DNA of 62,846 nucleotides, filler included, from Collodictyon triciliatum (Eukaryota), in assembly GCA_043381765.1 (NCBI GenBank). It is 6 parts of 6 records of this genome, joined end to end, with 100 filler letters (N's around TTAATTAATTAA, not from the genome) between each part and the next. Parts side by side here need not be neighbours in the genome. Positions count along the whole stretch, not along the records: positions 1 to 11,923 come from JBHJMP010002277.1; positions 12,024 to 23,950 come from JBHJMP010002278.1; 4 more parts are not named here. The stretch is one strand, 5' to 3'. The translations under genes were made by a program, and so were the position numbers. Below, piece after piece: positions 1 to 12,123 of this stretch; within the stretch, counting starts at the first letter, position 1; every line of letters begins with the position of its first letter. Below the pieces are notes generated by a model. The model did not search any database and was not told where the DNA came from. It saw only the letters and a program-made list of their open reading frames with translations.

Positions 1-77
1 GTTTTTTTATTTTGGTTTTTTTATTTTGGTTTTTTTATTTTGGTTTTTTTATTTTGGTTTTTTTATTTTGGTTTTTT
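1..77. repeat. (TTTTTTTATTTTGG)n 14-bp tandem repeat, probably at a contig end
   Basis: About 5 direct copies at the window start. Confidence 0.9.
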
Positions 78-499
78 ACCTCGTGCCTCTCCCGAAACTG
101 CGATGGGCCGTGGGAGTCTGTGAGTACAATAAACATTTGACAGACGAAATGATTAAAAAAAAATGTGTATAAAAAAGGAGAATGACAGGTTCTGTGCTGA
201 GAATAAGCCTGCAGCCAGCGAAAACAGCGCTGCTGAGCCTTTCCGCACAAGTCCACCCGCCCTGACTCAGCCGCAGTTTGGACGTTGTTCCACGCAGTTG
301 CTTCGCGTAACGCCGATCGCTGCACCGATGGGGAATGTTTTGCATGAACGCGCGTCGGGTGCAGAACAAACGCAGAAACAAACACAGACGGGAAATGGAG
401 CGAAAGGGCAGAGACGCCGCCGCACACAAACAAGCAATCTCGAAGCAGCCGTGTGGACATTCCGTTTATGCGCCGACGCAGCAGCAGCACGAACGCTGG

Positions 500-3400
500 T
501 CCGAACCGCAAGCGCTGGGCATCGGCGGATCGGACATACAAATACAGCCAGGATGCGGCAGCAGACGCCAATTGCAGGGAAGTCCGACGCGGTGGGAGAC
601 TACAGACCGCAGCGCCGGTAGAAGTGGATGTAGTGGTCCCGCTCGGACAGCTGCGGTGTGTTGTGAGGGGCCTGCGTGGAGACCGGGCATCATCAGCATA
701 TCTGCTGTGCGGGTGTGGCATCTTTGTAAAGAAGGAGCAACTTACCCGGCTGATGAAGCGGTCGTCCATTTTGATCCATTCACTGCTGTTGATGCTGCTG
801 TTGCTGTTGGTGCTCGGGCACGGGCTCTGCGGATGGTGTGCGTATGCAACGTAGTGTCCAGAATTCGGCCTGCACGAACCACAGGTCAAAGTTACTCGGT
901 GTTGCGCTGGTAGAGGCCGCTTTGGGCGCAAGGCAGGGGGATGCTGTTTCTTGCTCGCAGCGCAGATAGATAGGTTTCATGCTCATACTGTAGATTCAAC
1001 TAAAAAAAAGTACTTACTCGAGACCGATGTGCTCAACAAACGCCACCAATTCGTAAGGCTTTCCTTTCTCAGATCGGCCCGTCTCTGCAAAAGGGTGACA
1101 CAGCGGTGATGATTTTAATGAAACTGACAAAAGGGCGACAAATTTTCAGAAGAAAATATTGTAGAGAAATTAAATGAATAGCATTCCAGATAAACCCGAT
1201 TCTCGGCTTTCCTTCATAACTGCCGCTATATTGAGCACCAATGACTATGAACAAAATACCAAGATGTAAATTTTGTCCGAATCGAATAGGCTGGCGGTTC
1301 TTTCGAATTGTGGTTCCATCAAACTTGAAGCGACTTATGTGAACCATCAGATAGTTTGGCAAAGTTCCAAATCTGTGTGACACGGTTGCTGATTGAAAGT
1401 AGTAATTCCTTATAAAACTGTAAAAGTCAATGGGGAAATGTGGGGGAAATAGGCAAAAGAAAAAGTATAAGGACACGGAAAATAATGAAAACTTTTCTTC
1501 CTGGTTATCAGTTTTAGATCAAGCGTACCTCCTTGGTGCGATTTGCATTTTTCGCATGTATACTCGATTTCTTCCTCCTTTACGAAAGGTTACTTTTTTT
1601 AAAAAAAAAAAAGCGCAGAGAAAATGGGTAGATTTGTACATAATAGGCGCTTAATAAAAAACACATCAAAGAAAAAGAAAAAGAAAAAGAAAAACCTGCA
1701 AATACTCGTCAAAAAGTGATTTCATTTCTGAAATTTCGCCTTCTCTTTGGTACGTGTTACTTTAAAGAAAGTGAAATAATTGATTCTTTGTCGTAGAATA
1801 TTGACAAAAGTAATTACCATGAATGTACGTTTATGCTATACATAAGAGCCAAAAAAAATAATTTATTATATACGTGATTCGGAGAGACAAGACACATTCA
1901 GATTCAACTGTATTATGTACAGATTTGCACGACTTGCACTTTCGAGTGTGATTCACCTGACATGTGAATAATTTAATGGTATCAGTAAGACTGGTTTACG
2001 GGGTAAGACTCCGTATTTGCATCTGGACTATCATTACACTAAATGTCGATTGTAAAGCAAGAAGATATAACGAATACCTCAACAGTAAAGTGAGACCGTA
2101 TTGATTCAGCATCCTGGAAAAAAAAAGGTTCAGAGGCCATGTAGTTGCATTTATTTTATCAAATATATATTATGAATCTGAAGATTTGAGAATGCATACT
2201 TTAGTGAGACAAGTCTCTTTACTCACATGAGCTGCTTCTTCATGTAACGAATCCAACAAATATGTAAGGAATTCATGGGCATCCTGAGTGGTTTTGTAAT
2301 ATTGAGAATGTGTTTGTTTGCTTTCAGTACTCGAGAGCAATTCTAGTAAGAAGTAAATTAGAATGAAGTGCCGTTCACCTGCTGTTCAAAAGTTCGAAAT
2401 AGCTTGTTCTGGAGCCCTATGCATTCTCGAAATTCTTCCGTATTTATGATGCTGTCCCCATCTCCATTGTGCTAAAAAAAAAAAAAAAGGACAGTGGGCT
2501 TCATGATAATACTATTTGAGTCATAGATAAAGGAGTGTTTGAAGAGAATATGGAGGGGAAAAAAAGGAAAGCTAATAACGGATTATCATCGATCCGTATT
2601 GTTGATGAGTTGTTGGTGTGAATGAAACCTGTATTCTCTTATACAACTGTATTAAGCTATGAGTCACGGATGGGCTGTGGTTTCTGAATGAATGACAACG
2701 AGATTATGCTGGGTGTTAAGGCAAATTGAAGGGCTGACTGTTATGAAAAGACTACTATTATTTTACAAACGCAGCATCTGATCTGGTCAGTTGGCTCATA
2801 ATCCCTTTGAATGAGAAAAACGATTGAAGAACTGAATTGATGTAACATGTATTTCCAAGATTTTTGAGTCTAATAAAAAAAATTTAAAGAAAATTAAATA
2901 CAGCTGTATGACTAGAGATTGCATCCACACAGCAGCGATTAAATTAAGGGTGTCCGTTTTTTTTCTTTGGAATGAGTAAAATATGAATCTTTTTTCTTCA
3001 GCTCAAGAAGCATGGCTTTGGTCGAAAATTGCATGGGCGGATACCCTTGCCGACCAGGTATATTCAGCCGTGCAGATGGTTGTGTAAATTTTAAGAGAGT
3101 CTGGAGGCTATTTAACAGGAAAGGGTGAATAAAAGGTCACAAAAATGTTGGTGAGATAAAACAGAAACGTTGATTATTTGAGGTGGGGAAAGAGAGCAAA
3201 AAGGACGAGATTTTCACACTTGAATGCCCCAGACAAGACCGATATTTCATGGGTAAGAAAAAAAGGGAGGCAATAAAATATATTTTGTTATGCTTGTACT
3301 GTGATAATGCAAACCTGGGATTGGTATTTGGCATGTTGGGTTCTGTGTCGGGGATTCTCGGTGTGAGAAATGGTGCAGGCTTTTTTCTTGGCGAAGCATC

Positions 3401-4230
3401 TCCTGGGTCCACTTTATATATATTCGTATTGGTCAGCTATTAGGAAAGGAATATGCATACGCGAATGAAAAGCACAAGAGAGAAAGAAGGAAACAGCGGA
3501 TTAGCCGAGCAACAGGAAAGAATGAAGAATCAAGGAAGGGAGGAAGCAAAGGGAAGAGCAAGGCAAGAGAGAAGGGACGCACACTCACGCCGTTCCGTGC
3601 GAGGGAGCTGCCCGACCCCCCCGGGCTTCCAGGAACGGAGCTCTGTGGACGGGCGGAGTGCGCCGGGGCGGGCGGCCGATATGGCGGCAGAGACAGAGAC
3701 GGAGACGGAGGGGGAGAGGGGGATGCGGGCGCGGGTGCGGGTGTCGAGCGTGTCGAGCGTGTCGAGGGACGGCACCGTCTGCAGCGCATCGGCGGCAGGC
3801 GGCGGGTCCTCCGCGTCCGACGCGTCCTCCAACGCCGCCCGTTTGCAGCTGCGCGGAGCCCCCAGAGACCCACGCGCCCTGCCCCGTGCGGTCTCTGCCG
3901 TGTCTGCGCGCACGCTGCCCGCGTCCAGCGTGTTGTATGGTCGGCCCAGTCTCGAGAAGAGGCTGCAGGCCCGGTGTGTGTGCGGGCGCGGCCTCTCTTC
4001 CATCCCGTGCGGCTCGCTGCGCCTCTGTGTTTGCGTGTCGTTGGTGTTCGGCTCTGTTGCCTCTTGCTCCCCTCCCCTGCCGCGCCTTGAAACGCGTCGC
4101 CCAACGACTATCTTTGCCTTCCCTGGCTGCGTTGCGGGTTCCTGGCGGATTCCGTCTCTGCGGGCATTCGGCGATGGTTGCGGCGATGCAGCGCACCTCC
4201 TCAACGGGCCAACGGTCTTATTTTCAAACC
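500..4230 (-). CDS. Ubiquitin-specific protease (peptidase C19/USP), multi-exon; both gene ends approximate
   Basis: Minus-strand exons give the Cys box GLKNLGNTCYINSVLQSF (~2870-2815), DAHEFLTYLLDSLHEE (~2283-2235), LPNYLMVHISRFKF (~1365-1320), the His box YELVAFVEHIGLE / PNSGHYVAYA (1055-1018, 870-840) and WIKMDDRFISR (~778-746), with GT-AG introns between them. Confidence 0.9.
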
Positions 4231-4569
4231 TGGAAATTATGATGCAGAGGGCTGCAGGGGCTATACTTTGCGTATGATACCGCGCCCTAGCTCAGTATGC
4301 AATGGCACAGCATATTACAGCATACGTTTTATTGCTGCGGTGTCTGAGTAGAAAGGTAAATCTTGTGTGCGCGAGCGATGCATGGAACGGAATCGAGGCC
4401 AACGACCATGTCCATAATTGGAATGACCGACTCATTTGCTTCTCGGCATCTATTGCGCAACGCATCACAACGCATCACAACAAAGCACAAAGCACAAAGC
4501 ACAAAGCACAAAGCACAAAGCCAACGCACGGCCTGACATTGACACTCACCTACAGACACGCAGGTGCCA

Positions 4570-7500
4570 ATGCGCGAGAGGCATCCTCCACAACTGCGCT
4601 TCCTGGTGGTGAACCCCGACTGCGAAACCGCACCGCACACCGGAGAGACAAACGCACACCCAGAAAAAGAAAAAGAGAAAGAGAACGACAAAGAGAAAGA
4701 GAACGACAAAGACAAAGACAAAGACAAAGACAAAGACAAAGACAAAGACAAAGACAAAGACAAAGACAAAGACAAAGACAAAGACAAAGACAAAGACAAA
4801 GACAATGACAGAGGCCAAGACAGAGACGGGGCTGCGGGGCCGATCGAGCTGACGCCGAGCGTGTCTGTGTTCCACCGGCGGATGGTGCTTGTGTGCGACA
4901 CGGAGGTGCACATGCTGCTGGACTCGCGGCGGACGCTGCTTGCGGGGCTGGTGGGGCGGCGTGCGGCCGGGGCGGTTGTGCGGGGCATGGCGGGGCGGGC
5001 CGGGGCTGCTGTGGCCGTGGCGCACGCGGTCTGCGTGCCGGGCTTCTTCCTGCTTGCGGCGGGGGCGTCTGCGTCTGCGTCTGCGTCTGTGGGGGCGGCG
5101 CTCTTCGCGGGGGCGGCCTCGGTCGGGACGCTGCACATGCTTGTCATGGCCCTCCTTCTGCAGACGGACCTTGTGCGCATGGCCCTCGCAAACTTCGAGA
5201 ACTCGTATCTCATCGCAAACGTGGCGGCCTCCGTCCTCTGCCTCCTCGACATGCTCGGCTGGCCCCTCTACTCCCTCGTCGCCCTCCCCTACTTCCTCCT
5301 CGCCTGCCTCAACGTCTTCCTCATTGACGCATTTCCCGTCAGCTTCTCCCGCTTCGAGGCCCGCTTCCTCCGCATCCGCGACGCAAAGAGGTCTGCCAGC
5401 GCCCTGGCCGAGTACCGCCCCGACACGCCCACGGACCGCAGCCTGAGTCATGACCATGACCATGACCATGACAATCACAGTGACAGTCGCAATGACAACA
5501 GCAATGACAATCGCAACCAGAATGACCGCAACTACAGCCCAAACCATGACCATGACGAAGCCACCCCCGACCCCCAACCCCACACGCCCCACAGACGCTC
5601 AAACGCCCGCTCGCTGCGCCCGCCATCTTCCGCCTCCTTCGTCCGCCCCCGCCACCCGTCCGCCCCTTCCCACCGCGCCTCGGCCGCGGCTCTGGACTCC
5701 GCCTCCCGCCCCCGCCCCTCCGACAGAGCCCCGCACCTCATCGACTTCTCCTGGATGTCCGACCCAAACTACGTGCGGATGATATCCCGCAATCTCTACC
5801 TCATGCTCAGCGGCACGAGGGCGTCGCAATGGTGGGCAAGGCTCCTATGGCCCCTCCAAATCGTCAGGCTCCACGGTTTATTCACCATAACCTGTCTGCT
5901 CTTGTCCACTCTTGTCCCCATACTGGTCTACTTTTTTGTTCAATTCAAACTGCTGGACGGAATGCATGTGAGAAGCTTCGTCATATTCCGCAGTGTTCTT
6001 ACCACTGATGCTATTTGTCGCTCTTGCTGTATAAACATGGGCTTCTTCAACTTTCGCCGCTTGCTCTCTACCTTTGTCTACCCTCTCAAAATGCATTGTA
6101 TCAGCCGTCGTTCGATGAGAATCCCTCTTGTCCTGGGCTGGGAGAAGATGCTACAGACAAAAGTATCAAAAGTCGAAAACCACCCGGTCCTCTCTAGGAA
6201 TCACATTCAACAAATCAATCGCCACCAGAGCACAGATCACTCAGCCAGCCACTATGCAAACTACTCTTTAAATGAAGTCAAAGAATCAAAAAGGCATCGC
6301 TCCATCATCGATTATGCAGCAAACATGCGAAAGAGTGTATCAAACGGCTCTCGCAAGATATTTCCTCAGATGTCAGAGAATGTACCACATCTCTTTTCAT
6401 CCCGTATGTCGCTATCCTCCAATCGTATGATGACCTCATCAACTATATCTATTATTCCACCTGCCAGTGACTTTGTTGCTTCTGCGCCTCAACCCCCAGA
6501 TGCAGATATTCAAGATTGTGAGCGACACTATTCAAAAACTAAAACACTGGAGACAGTATCCACCCCAACAATAGAAAATTTCCCCGAATCATCTGTTCTG
6601 CCTACATCAGTCCCTCTTAGCGTAAGCCATCAAGATATTCAAACACCTCAAGTTACCATCAGAAGGGCCACTGTTGCTCTTCGAAGTAATCCATCCATCA
6701 GCAACACAACTCCAAAAAAGACTGCTCTATCATCTAGTTCCAGTACGGGGTTTGAACAGCAATTGTCCATATATGAAAATATGGCACAGGAACAAGCTGG
6801 ACCGAGTGGGTCTTCACCAGCAAAACTCGGCAACTCATCACCAAAGACGCTTGGCAGGTTGTCGGTTTTGCAAGTTCCAACTCAAAGTCAGAGCCAAAGT
6901 CCGAATCAGGTTCAGGTTCAGATTCAGGTTCGAAGTCAAAATCATGTGCAGTCTCAAGTGCAGTCTCCGCCTCAACCTCAAAATCTTCTCGGAGTTTTCC
7001 ACTCGCAGAGATTCGAGTCTGTGAGTTCATATGGCACATCCATGGGGCGCCCGTCTTACTGGAGGCCCTTTGCGTTTGAGGAGCACACCTTCGACCGGCA
7101 TCACCGAGTAAACGACCTTCCCGCTCCAGACGAGAATGTGCGGTATTGCCTTGTATCCACCCCAATGAACGACCGCACGACGATAGACTACACAGAGACA
7201 TTTGGCGATTTGCTCTTTGGCATCCATGGGAAAAAATATTTACCAATTTTATCGAAATATATATTTGGGGCGTTTCAAGGATTTTGGGCCCTTGGTCTTT
7301 TGTTTACTCTTGTTCTCTTTACGTTTGACTCACCCATCACGAATATTATCGGTTACATCAGTGTATTAATAGGGATAGCACACCAGCTATGTTTCCTGGC
7401 GCTCTACTCTGTGAACGGGGTGGTCATGACTTTGAAGTCATTCGAGACAATTTTTCTTTTCATCAATTCAGTGTGTTGCTGTTTGGCGTTGGGTGAGTAT

Positions 7501-8190
7501 CTCCAATGGAAAAGCCTGTCAGTTTGGTTGGGGGTACCCTTGATATTTCTCAGTCTTATTTCGGGGACCCTGATTGACGCGCAGCCGATATCATTCCAGA
7601 GGTTCTCTGCCGTCCTTCGAAAGATCTATTCAATGCACTACTGCGAGGAACGCGATGCCTTGGAAGGGCTCCCAGAGAGCATAGAGGATGTAATTGAGTT
7701 GGTTCGGAGCCATGTGATGAAGGTGCGCAAAAGGCAGAAGGCAGCATGGGAGCGACGCTGCAAGGAGGATGAGAAGGGTATCGGTGAGAAGAGGAAGGAG
7801 GAGGAGGATGCGGAGGGAGAAGAGAGACGCCCGGCAGAAGCAAAGCGAGGCATGCGAGAGAAGCTGCACGAAAAGTGGATGCTTCTTTCTCTGTATGCAC
7901 ACTCGACATGGATTAGTCTGACCATCGGGCTGATTATGATGGTTACCCTGTTCGTGTTGGTCGAGTGCGACAGCCTGCTGCATTCGAGGCAGCGGACGAT
8001 ATCCCTGACGCTGGCCTCGTGGACGCTGGACGCCATCATCCGCATCACGCTGATGAACATGATTATCATTTACCTGAGGCGCGTGGTAGCCAATGTGCTG
8101 CACCCTTTCCGCACAGCAACCATCGAACGCCGCGTAATCAAAATGCCCCTCGTGACCGGGCTGTGCGACCTGGACGACAACCTTGTCTGA
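4570..8190 (+). CDS. Single-exon multi-pass membrane protein of unknown family with an internally duplicated domain (paralog 1)
   Basis: Uninterrupted ORF of about 1200 aa. First ATG is at 4570; the true start may be M at ~4882. Two homologous hydrophobic halves: FENSYL..DAFPVSF..RIPLV and FETIFL..DAQPISF..KMPLV. Confidence 0.85.
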   Translation: MRERHPPQLRFLVVNPDCETAPHTGETNAHPEKEKEKENDKEKENDKDKDKDKDKDKDKDKDKDKDKDKDKDKDKDKDNDRGQDRDGAAGPIELTPSVSVFHRRMVLVCDTEVHMLLDSRRTLLAGLVGRRAAGAVVRGMAGRAGAAVAVAHAVCVPGFFLLAAGASASASASVGAALFAGAASVGTLHMLVMALLLQTDLVRMALANFENSYLIANVAASVLCLLDMLGWPLYSLVALPYFLLACLNVFLIDAFPVSFSRFEARFLRIRDAKRSASALAEYRPDTPTDRSLSHDHDHDHDNHSDSRNDNSNDNRNQNDRNYSPNHDHDEATPDPQPHTPHRRSNARSLRPPSSASFVRPRHPSAPSHRASAAALDSASRPRPSDRAPHLIDFSWMSDPNYVRMISRNLYLMLSGTRASQWWARLLWPLQIVRLHGLFTITCLLLSTLVPILVYFFVQFKLLDGMHVRSFVIFRSVLTTDAICRSCCINMGFFNFRRLLSTFVYPLKMHCISRRSMRIPLVLGWEKMLQTKVSKVENHPVLSRNHIQQINRHQSTDHSASHYANYSLNEVKESKRHRSIIDYAANMRKSVSNGSRKIFPQMSENVPHLFSSRMSLSSNRMMTSSTISIIPPASDFVASAPQPPDADIQDCERHYSKTKTLETVSTPTIENFPESSVLPTSVPLSVSHQDIQTPQVTIRRATVALRSNPSISNTTPKKTALSSSSSTGFEQQLSIYENMAQEQAGPSGSSPAKLGNSSPKTLGRLSVLQVPTQSQSQSPNQVQVQIQVRSQNHVQSQVQSPPQPQNLLGVFHSQRFESVSSYGTSMGRPSYWRPFAFEEHTFDRHHRVNDLPAPDENVRYCLVSTPMNDRTTIDYTETFGDLLFGIHGKKYLPILSKYIFGAFQGFWALGLLFTLVLFTFDSPITNIIGYISVLIGIAHQLCFLALYSVNGVVMTLKSFETIFLFINSVCCCLALGEYLQWKSLSVWLGVPLIFLSLISGTLIDAQPISFQRFSAVLRKIYSMHYCEERDALEGLPESIEDVIELVRSHVMKVRKRQKAAWERRCKEDEKGIGEKRKEEEDAEGEERRPAEAKRGMREKLHEKWMLLSLYAHSTWISLTIGLIMMVTLFVLVECDSLLHSRQRTISLTLASWTLDAIIRITLMNMIIIYLRRVVANVLHPFRTATIERRVIKMPLVTGLCDLDDNLV
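4705..4805 (+). repeat. (GACAAA)n hexamer repeat (poly-DK if translated on +)
   Basis: About 16 perfect copies. Confidence 0.95.
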
Positions 8191-8469
8191 TGCCGCGCAG
8201 GCGCAATAAAGCCCGACCAGCAGCAGACAGCAGACAGCAGACAGCAGACAGCGGCAAAGAGGGGCTGTGGCATTGTTTCCAGATTTGTGTGCGGGAGGCG
8301 ATCAATCAGACCAAACGCCTGCGAGTTGGCGGCGGAGGCCGTTTTGACTGTTGTGCAGCAGGTGGGGTGCGACGATCGCAGGCCGTGAGAACGGGAGGAA
8401 GAGAAAGCGAAAGAAGGAGGGAAGAGGAAGGAAAGACACAGAGTCTCACGGGCCACAGAGAGCGCAGGA

Positions 8470-9166
8470 ATGTCGGAGGCGGAGACGGAGACGGAGACGG
8501 AGCCGGCACTTCTGGACCCGAGTGACAGCGCGCTTCTGGCAGAGGCCAACGCGGCGGACGAGGGCGGGGCAGAGGCAGAGGCAGAGGCAGAGGCAGAGAA
8601 CGAGGCAGAGGCAGCGAACGAGGCAGAGGCGCAGCCGGGTGGCGCGGCAGACAGTGCGGAGGGCCGCCGCAGAGCCCGCAGTGAGCGCTTCGGGACGGCG
8701 GCTCCGACAACCACAGAGGCGCAGCGCCTTCGGCAGCGGATGCAGCGCTTCGGCACGGACGCACACCCCGCCGCGGAACAGACGCCCACGCAGCCCGACG
8801 CGGACGCCCGCAAGAAGGCCCGCCTGGAGCGCTTCGGCACAGCCACAGCCACAGCCACAGCCACAGCCACAGCCACAGCCACAGCCACAGCCACAGCCGC
8901 ACCTGCAGCCGACTCTGCAAAGATCCAGGAGAGGCTTCGCCGCTTCCGCGACCCTGCTGCCGAGAAGGATGCCGAAGAACACGCTCGCAAGATCGAGGAG
9001 CGCAAGGCCAGGTGGCTTTTTGTACTCTCTTTTTACTTTTTCCTTTTCCTTCTCTTTTTTTTCTTTTTCCTAACACGCCGGCACAATGAAAGCGTTGCAC
9101 TTGCGCCGCCGAGTGTCCCTGACAAACAATCACTGCTCGACATGCAGGTTCGGTGCGAAGGAATAG
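8470..9166 (+). CDS. THO1/SARNP/MOS11-like mRNA export factor; exons 8470-9011 and 9148-9166
   Basis: Repeated R-x-x-R-F-G motifs (RSERFG, RMQRFG, RLERFG, RLRRF). Splicing the GT-AG intron 9012-9147 completes a further one, RKAR|FGAKE*. Confidence 0.8.
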
Positions 9167-10308
9167 GCCCACAGTTCGAGCCCAGCGTGCAGACGGACAG
9201 CGGCCTTCGCGCATCCTTTTTGCCGGCCCTGTGTCCTCGGTTCTCCTTCCTCCCTTCCCCCTTCTCCTTCCTCGCCCCTCCATTTTTTTTCTTGCAGCCC
9301 GCCCAGCTTCCCCACCATAAAGCCGACGGCACAACCCTGCTTTGCAGCGACCTCTATGCGCTCACAACGGTGGTCCGCGTGTGTTTATTAGCAAAGAAGC
9401 AGCCGACAGAAACAACAAAATAAGAAAGGCCCAGGGCGAAAGGAAAAACAGAAGGCAGGGAAGCAAAGAACGGCGGGCTAAAGCGGCTTACATGCTGCAT
9501 CTCCTTTCGGTTCTGTTCCATTCCATTCCATTCCATTCCATTCTGCCCTGCTTTCTGGTTCTCTGCATCCTGCTCTCCTTCGTCCAAAAGTCCGTCCTCC
9601 GCCGGGGTGTTGCAAAGAATCCCCACACCCACACGTCCTCCATCGTTAGTTCAATCAATCAATCAGTCAATCATTCAATTTTTTTTCTTTTTCTCTTCAT
9701 CCGCAGTCTCAGCGCCACACAAGCAGCTTTGCAACGCCACCACCCCCAATCACACACCACCCCCACATCTGCATTTCCGAACCCGCCCCGTGCGCCTCTG
9801 CGCTGCTTCATTCTGCGCCGACAGCAGTCCCGCATGTCTCGGGAAACAGCAGCCGCAGCAGGAAGGCGAGGCAGGAAGCGGGGATTCGGCGTGGCCCTAT
9901 TGAAGACGAGCAGATGTGGGAGGTGTGGGTGGGTTTGGCGGGTCTGTGCTGCCCTTGGCGCGTGTGTGGCCAGCAGGCTTCTCAGCTCTTGGAGTTTGGC
10001 CGGACGCCCCACGACGGGTAGATTTGGTCGTGGATGGTCGGCTGCTTTGGCTTCACGTTGAACTTGCCGATCTTCTCCATGCTCAGGTCATTGGTGCCTG
10101 CACGGTAATGATGATGATGATGATGATGATGATGGTGATTAAGATTCAGACTGCTTGGTATGTGTCACACCCCAGCGCGACACAAATAGGGGCAAAAGCG
10201 GGAAGGGGACGCGGTGGCTTATGCTCATTAAATGAATGTAAACCACAATATACAGTTGATATATACAACAGCTTGTGGAATGGCTTTGAGATAGGATGAG
10301 TAGTGGGA

Positions 10309-11784
10309 TTATGCAGCCTTGCTACTTGGTGCGCGGTCCTCTGTTCTGTGGCTGTAGTTCATGGTCATGTGTTTCACGCGCTCTTGCTCCTTGCGCTTCT
10401 CCTCTTCACGCGCGAGTGTAGCCATGGCGTAGCGGTGGTTTTGCGGAATATTCAAGTCTCTTACCTGGGTGGAGCCATCATCATTCCTCAATCATTTTGT
10501 TTTTTCCAAGATAACTGAGGAGCAACATAATAGAAATGCTATATGTCTGACCCAGATGGCTATATACGTCTTTCTATTCATGATATGATTTGTTTTTGTT
10601 TGTAATTCATCTGTATTATGTATGAAGCGTATTGTCAGCGGGTCTTGTTTCGCGTGTCTCATATTCCGGCGAAGGACTCCGAAGTTGACTCCAAAAATTG
10701 AAGAACACCCTTCGCTGTTAATTGGTCGTCATCGTTTTATACTAATTACCTGTGGCTTGTTCCCCTTCTTCACTACAACTCTGAACTTCAGGGAACCGTC
10801 CTCGCTGCCTTGAATACTGTCAGAAGACCGAAATCCTGTTTAATAGGAGAAAAAGAATGAATCGGTCATTCATACATCACAGAAAAAAAACAACGAAAGG
10901 ATCGTTTAACAAAATCCATATATTCATATTGATTAAGGGACAAAGAAGACATGCGATTTGAAAGAATGTATCCAATTAAACATGCTGTCAAATTATTAAT
11001 TAAAGGAACATACAATCATATTTCAGACCAAGATTATCATCATTAAAAGGAATAGAGCGACAATATTCTATTTTAATATTAAAAAAAAAACCTAGAGCTG
11101 AGCCACTTTCGAGGACGTTTCGTGGAATGGAAACGGTGACATTCGAGCGCGAGTCTGAGCGTCTTGATTCCAGACTGTCTTGAACGAGTTTATTAAACTG
11201 CGATGTTTGTAAAAAAAATAAATTGAAAATGACATTGAGCAAATCCAATCTCAACAACACTTTGAAATAGGAAATCGATGCACAAGTTAAAATTTTGTGA
11301 GAAAATAATTATACAAAGATCAACTTCATCATAAAATAGAAAAAAGAGGAGGAAAGGATAATATAATAAATTAAACCTCTCTTTCAAGCTCGTCCTCTTC
11401 TTCTTTGTCCACTGGTTTCGGTCGTGCATGACTCAACCGCACCTCGTCTGTATCTGGGCTGACAATTTTGTCCCTTGGAATCTTATAGGTTCAATAAAAT
11501 ATATATAAACAAAGGGTATTCGTTTTTTAAATGTATGAAAAATATGTTGTTAATCGAAATATTGATATTATTATATTTTTGGTTCCATTTCAACAGTTTA
11601 TTGAGAGATAACAAAGCCGAGGAAATCGCCTTCATCTCTAGGATATAAAATGATTGGAAAGAATGTAGTATTATTTTGATATCAGAAAGACGTAGGATTA
11701 TTTCACCTTTTCTTCATCCGAATCCTCTTCATCACTATCAAGTTCCTCATCTAGGTCATCATCACTGCTTCCATCACCCGATTC
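10309..11784 (-). CDS. UPF2: UPF2 (nonsense-mediated decay factor), 3' exons only; 5' part lost at the contig break
   Basis: An acidic tract is followed by EEEDELERE|FNKLVQDSLESRR..VSIP, LKFRVVVKKGNKPQ and RDLNIPQNHRYAMATLAREEEKRKEQERVK. This matches the C-terminal UPF1-binding region of UPF2. Confidence 0.75.
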
Positions 11785-11891
11785 CTGGAAATATACATAT
11801 TTTGTATGATAGACAGTTAGACAAGAAGGAAAATCGCAAATCACACAGGGGGGGGGGGGGGGGGGGGGAAGAAGAAAAAAAAAGAAAAACA

Positions 11892-11923
<32 letters not shown>

Positions 11924-12023
11924 NNNNNNNNNNNNNNNNNNNNNNNNNNNNNNNNNNNNNNNNNNNNTTAATTAATTAANNNNNNNNNNNNNNNNNNNNN
12001 NNNNNNNNNNNNNNNNNNNNNNN
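11924..12023. other. Artificial contig spacer N44-TTAATTAATTAA-N44
   Basis: 100-bp spacer with stop codons in all six frames. Identical spacers lie at 23951-24050, 35965-36064, 47979-48078 and 59968-60067. Confidence 0.97.
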
Positions 12024-12123
12024 CCCCCCCCCCCCCCCCACACACACACACACACACACACACCCAATGATAATAGAACAATCGTTTGTGTTGTGTGGCC
12101 ATATTGTTGCGAGGCAAACTTAC

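Noticed and set aside
1-77. Telomere
   Set aside because: It is short and resembles the T-rich microsatellites that end the other contigs. No subtelomeric evidence.
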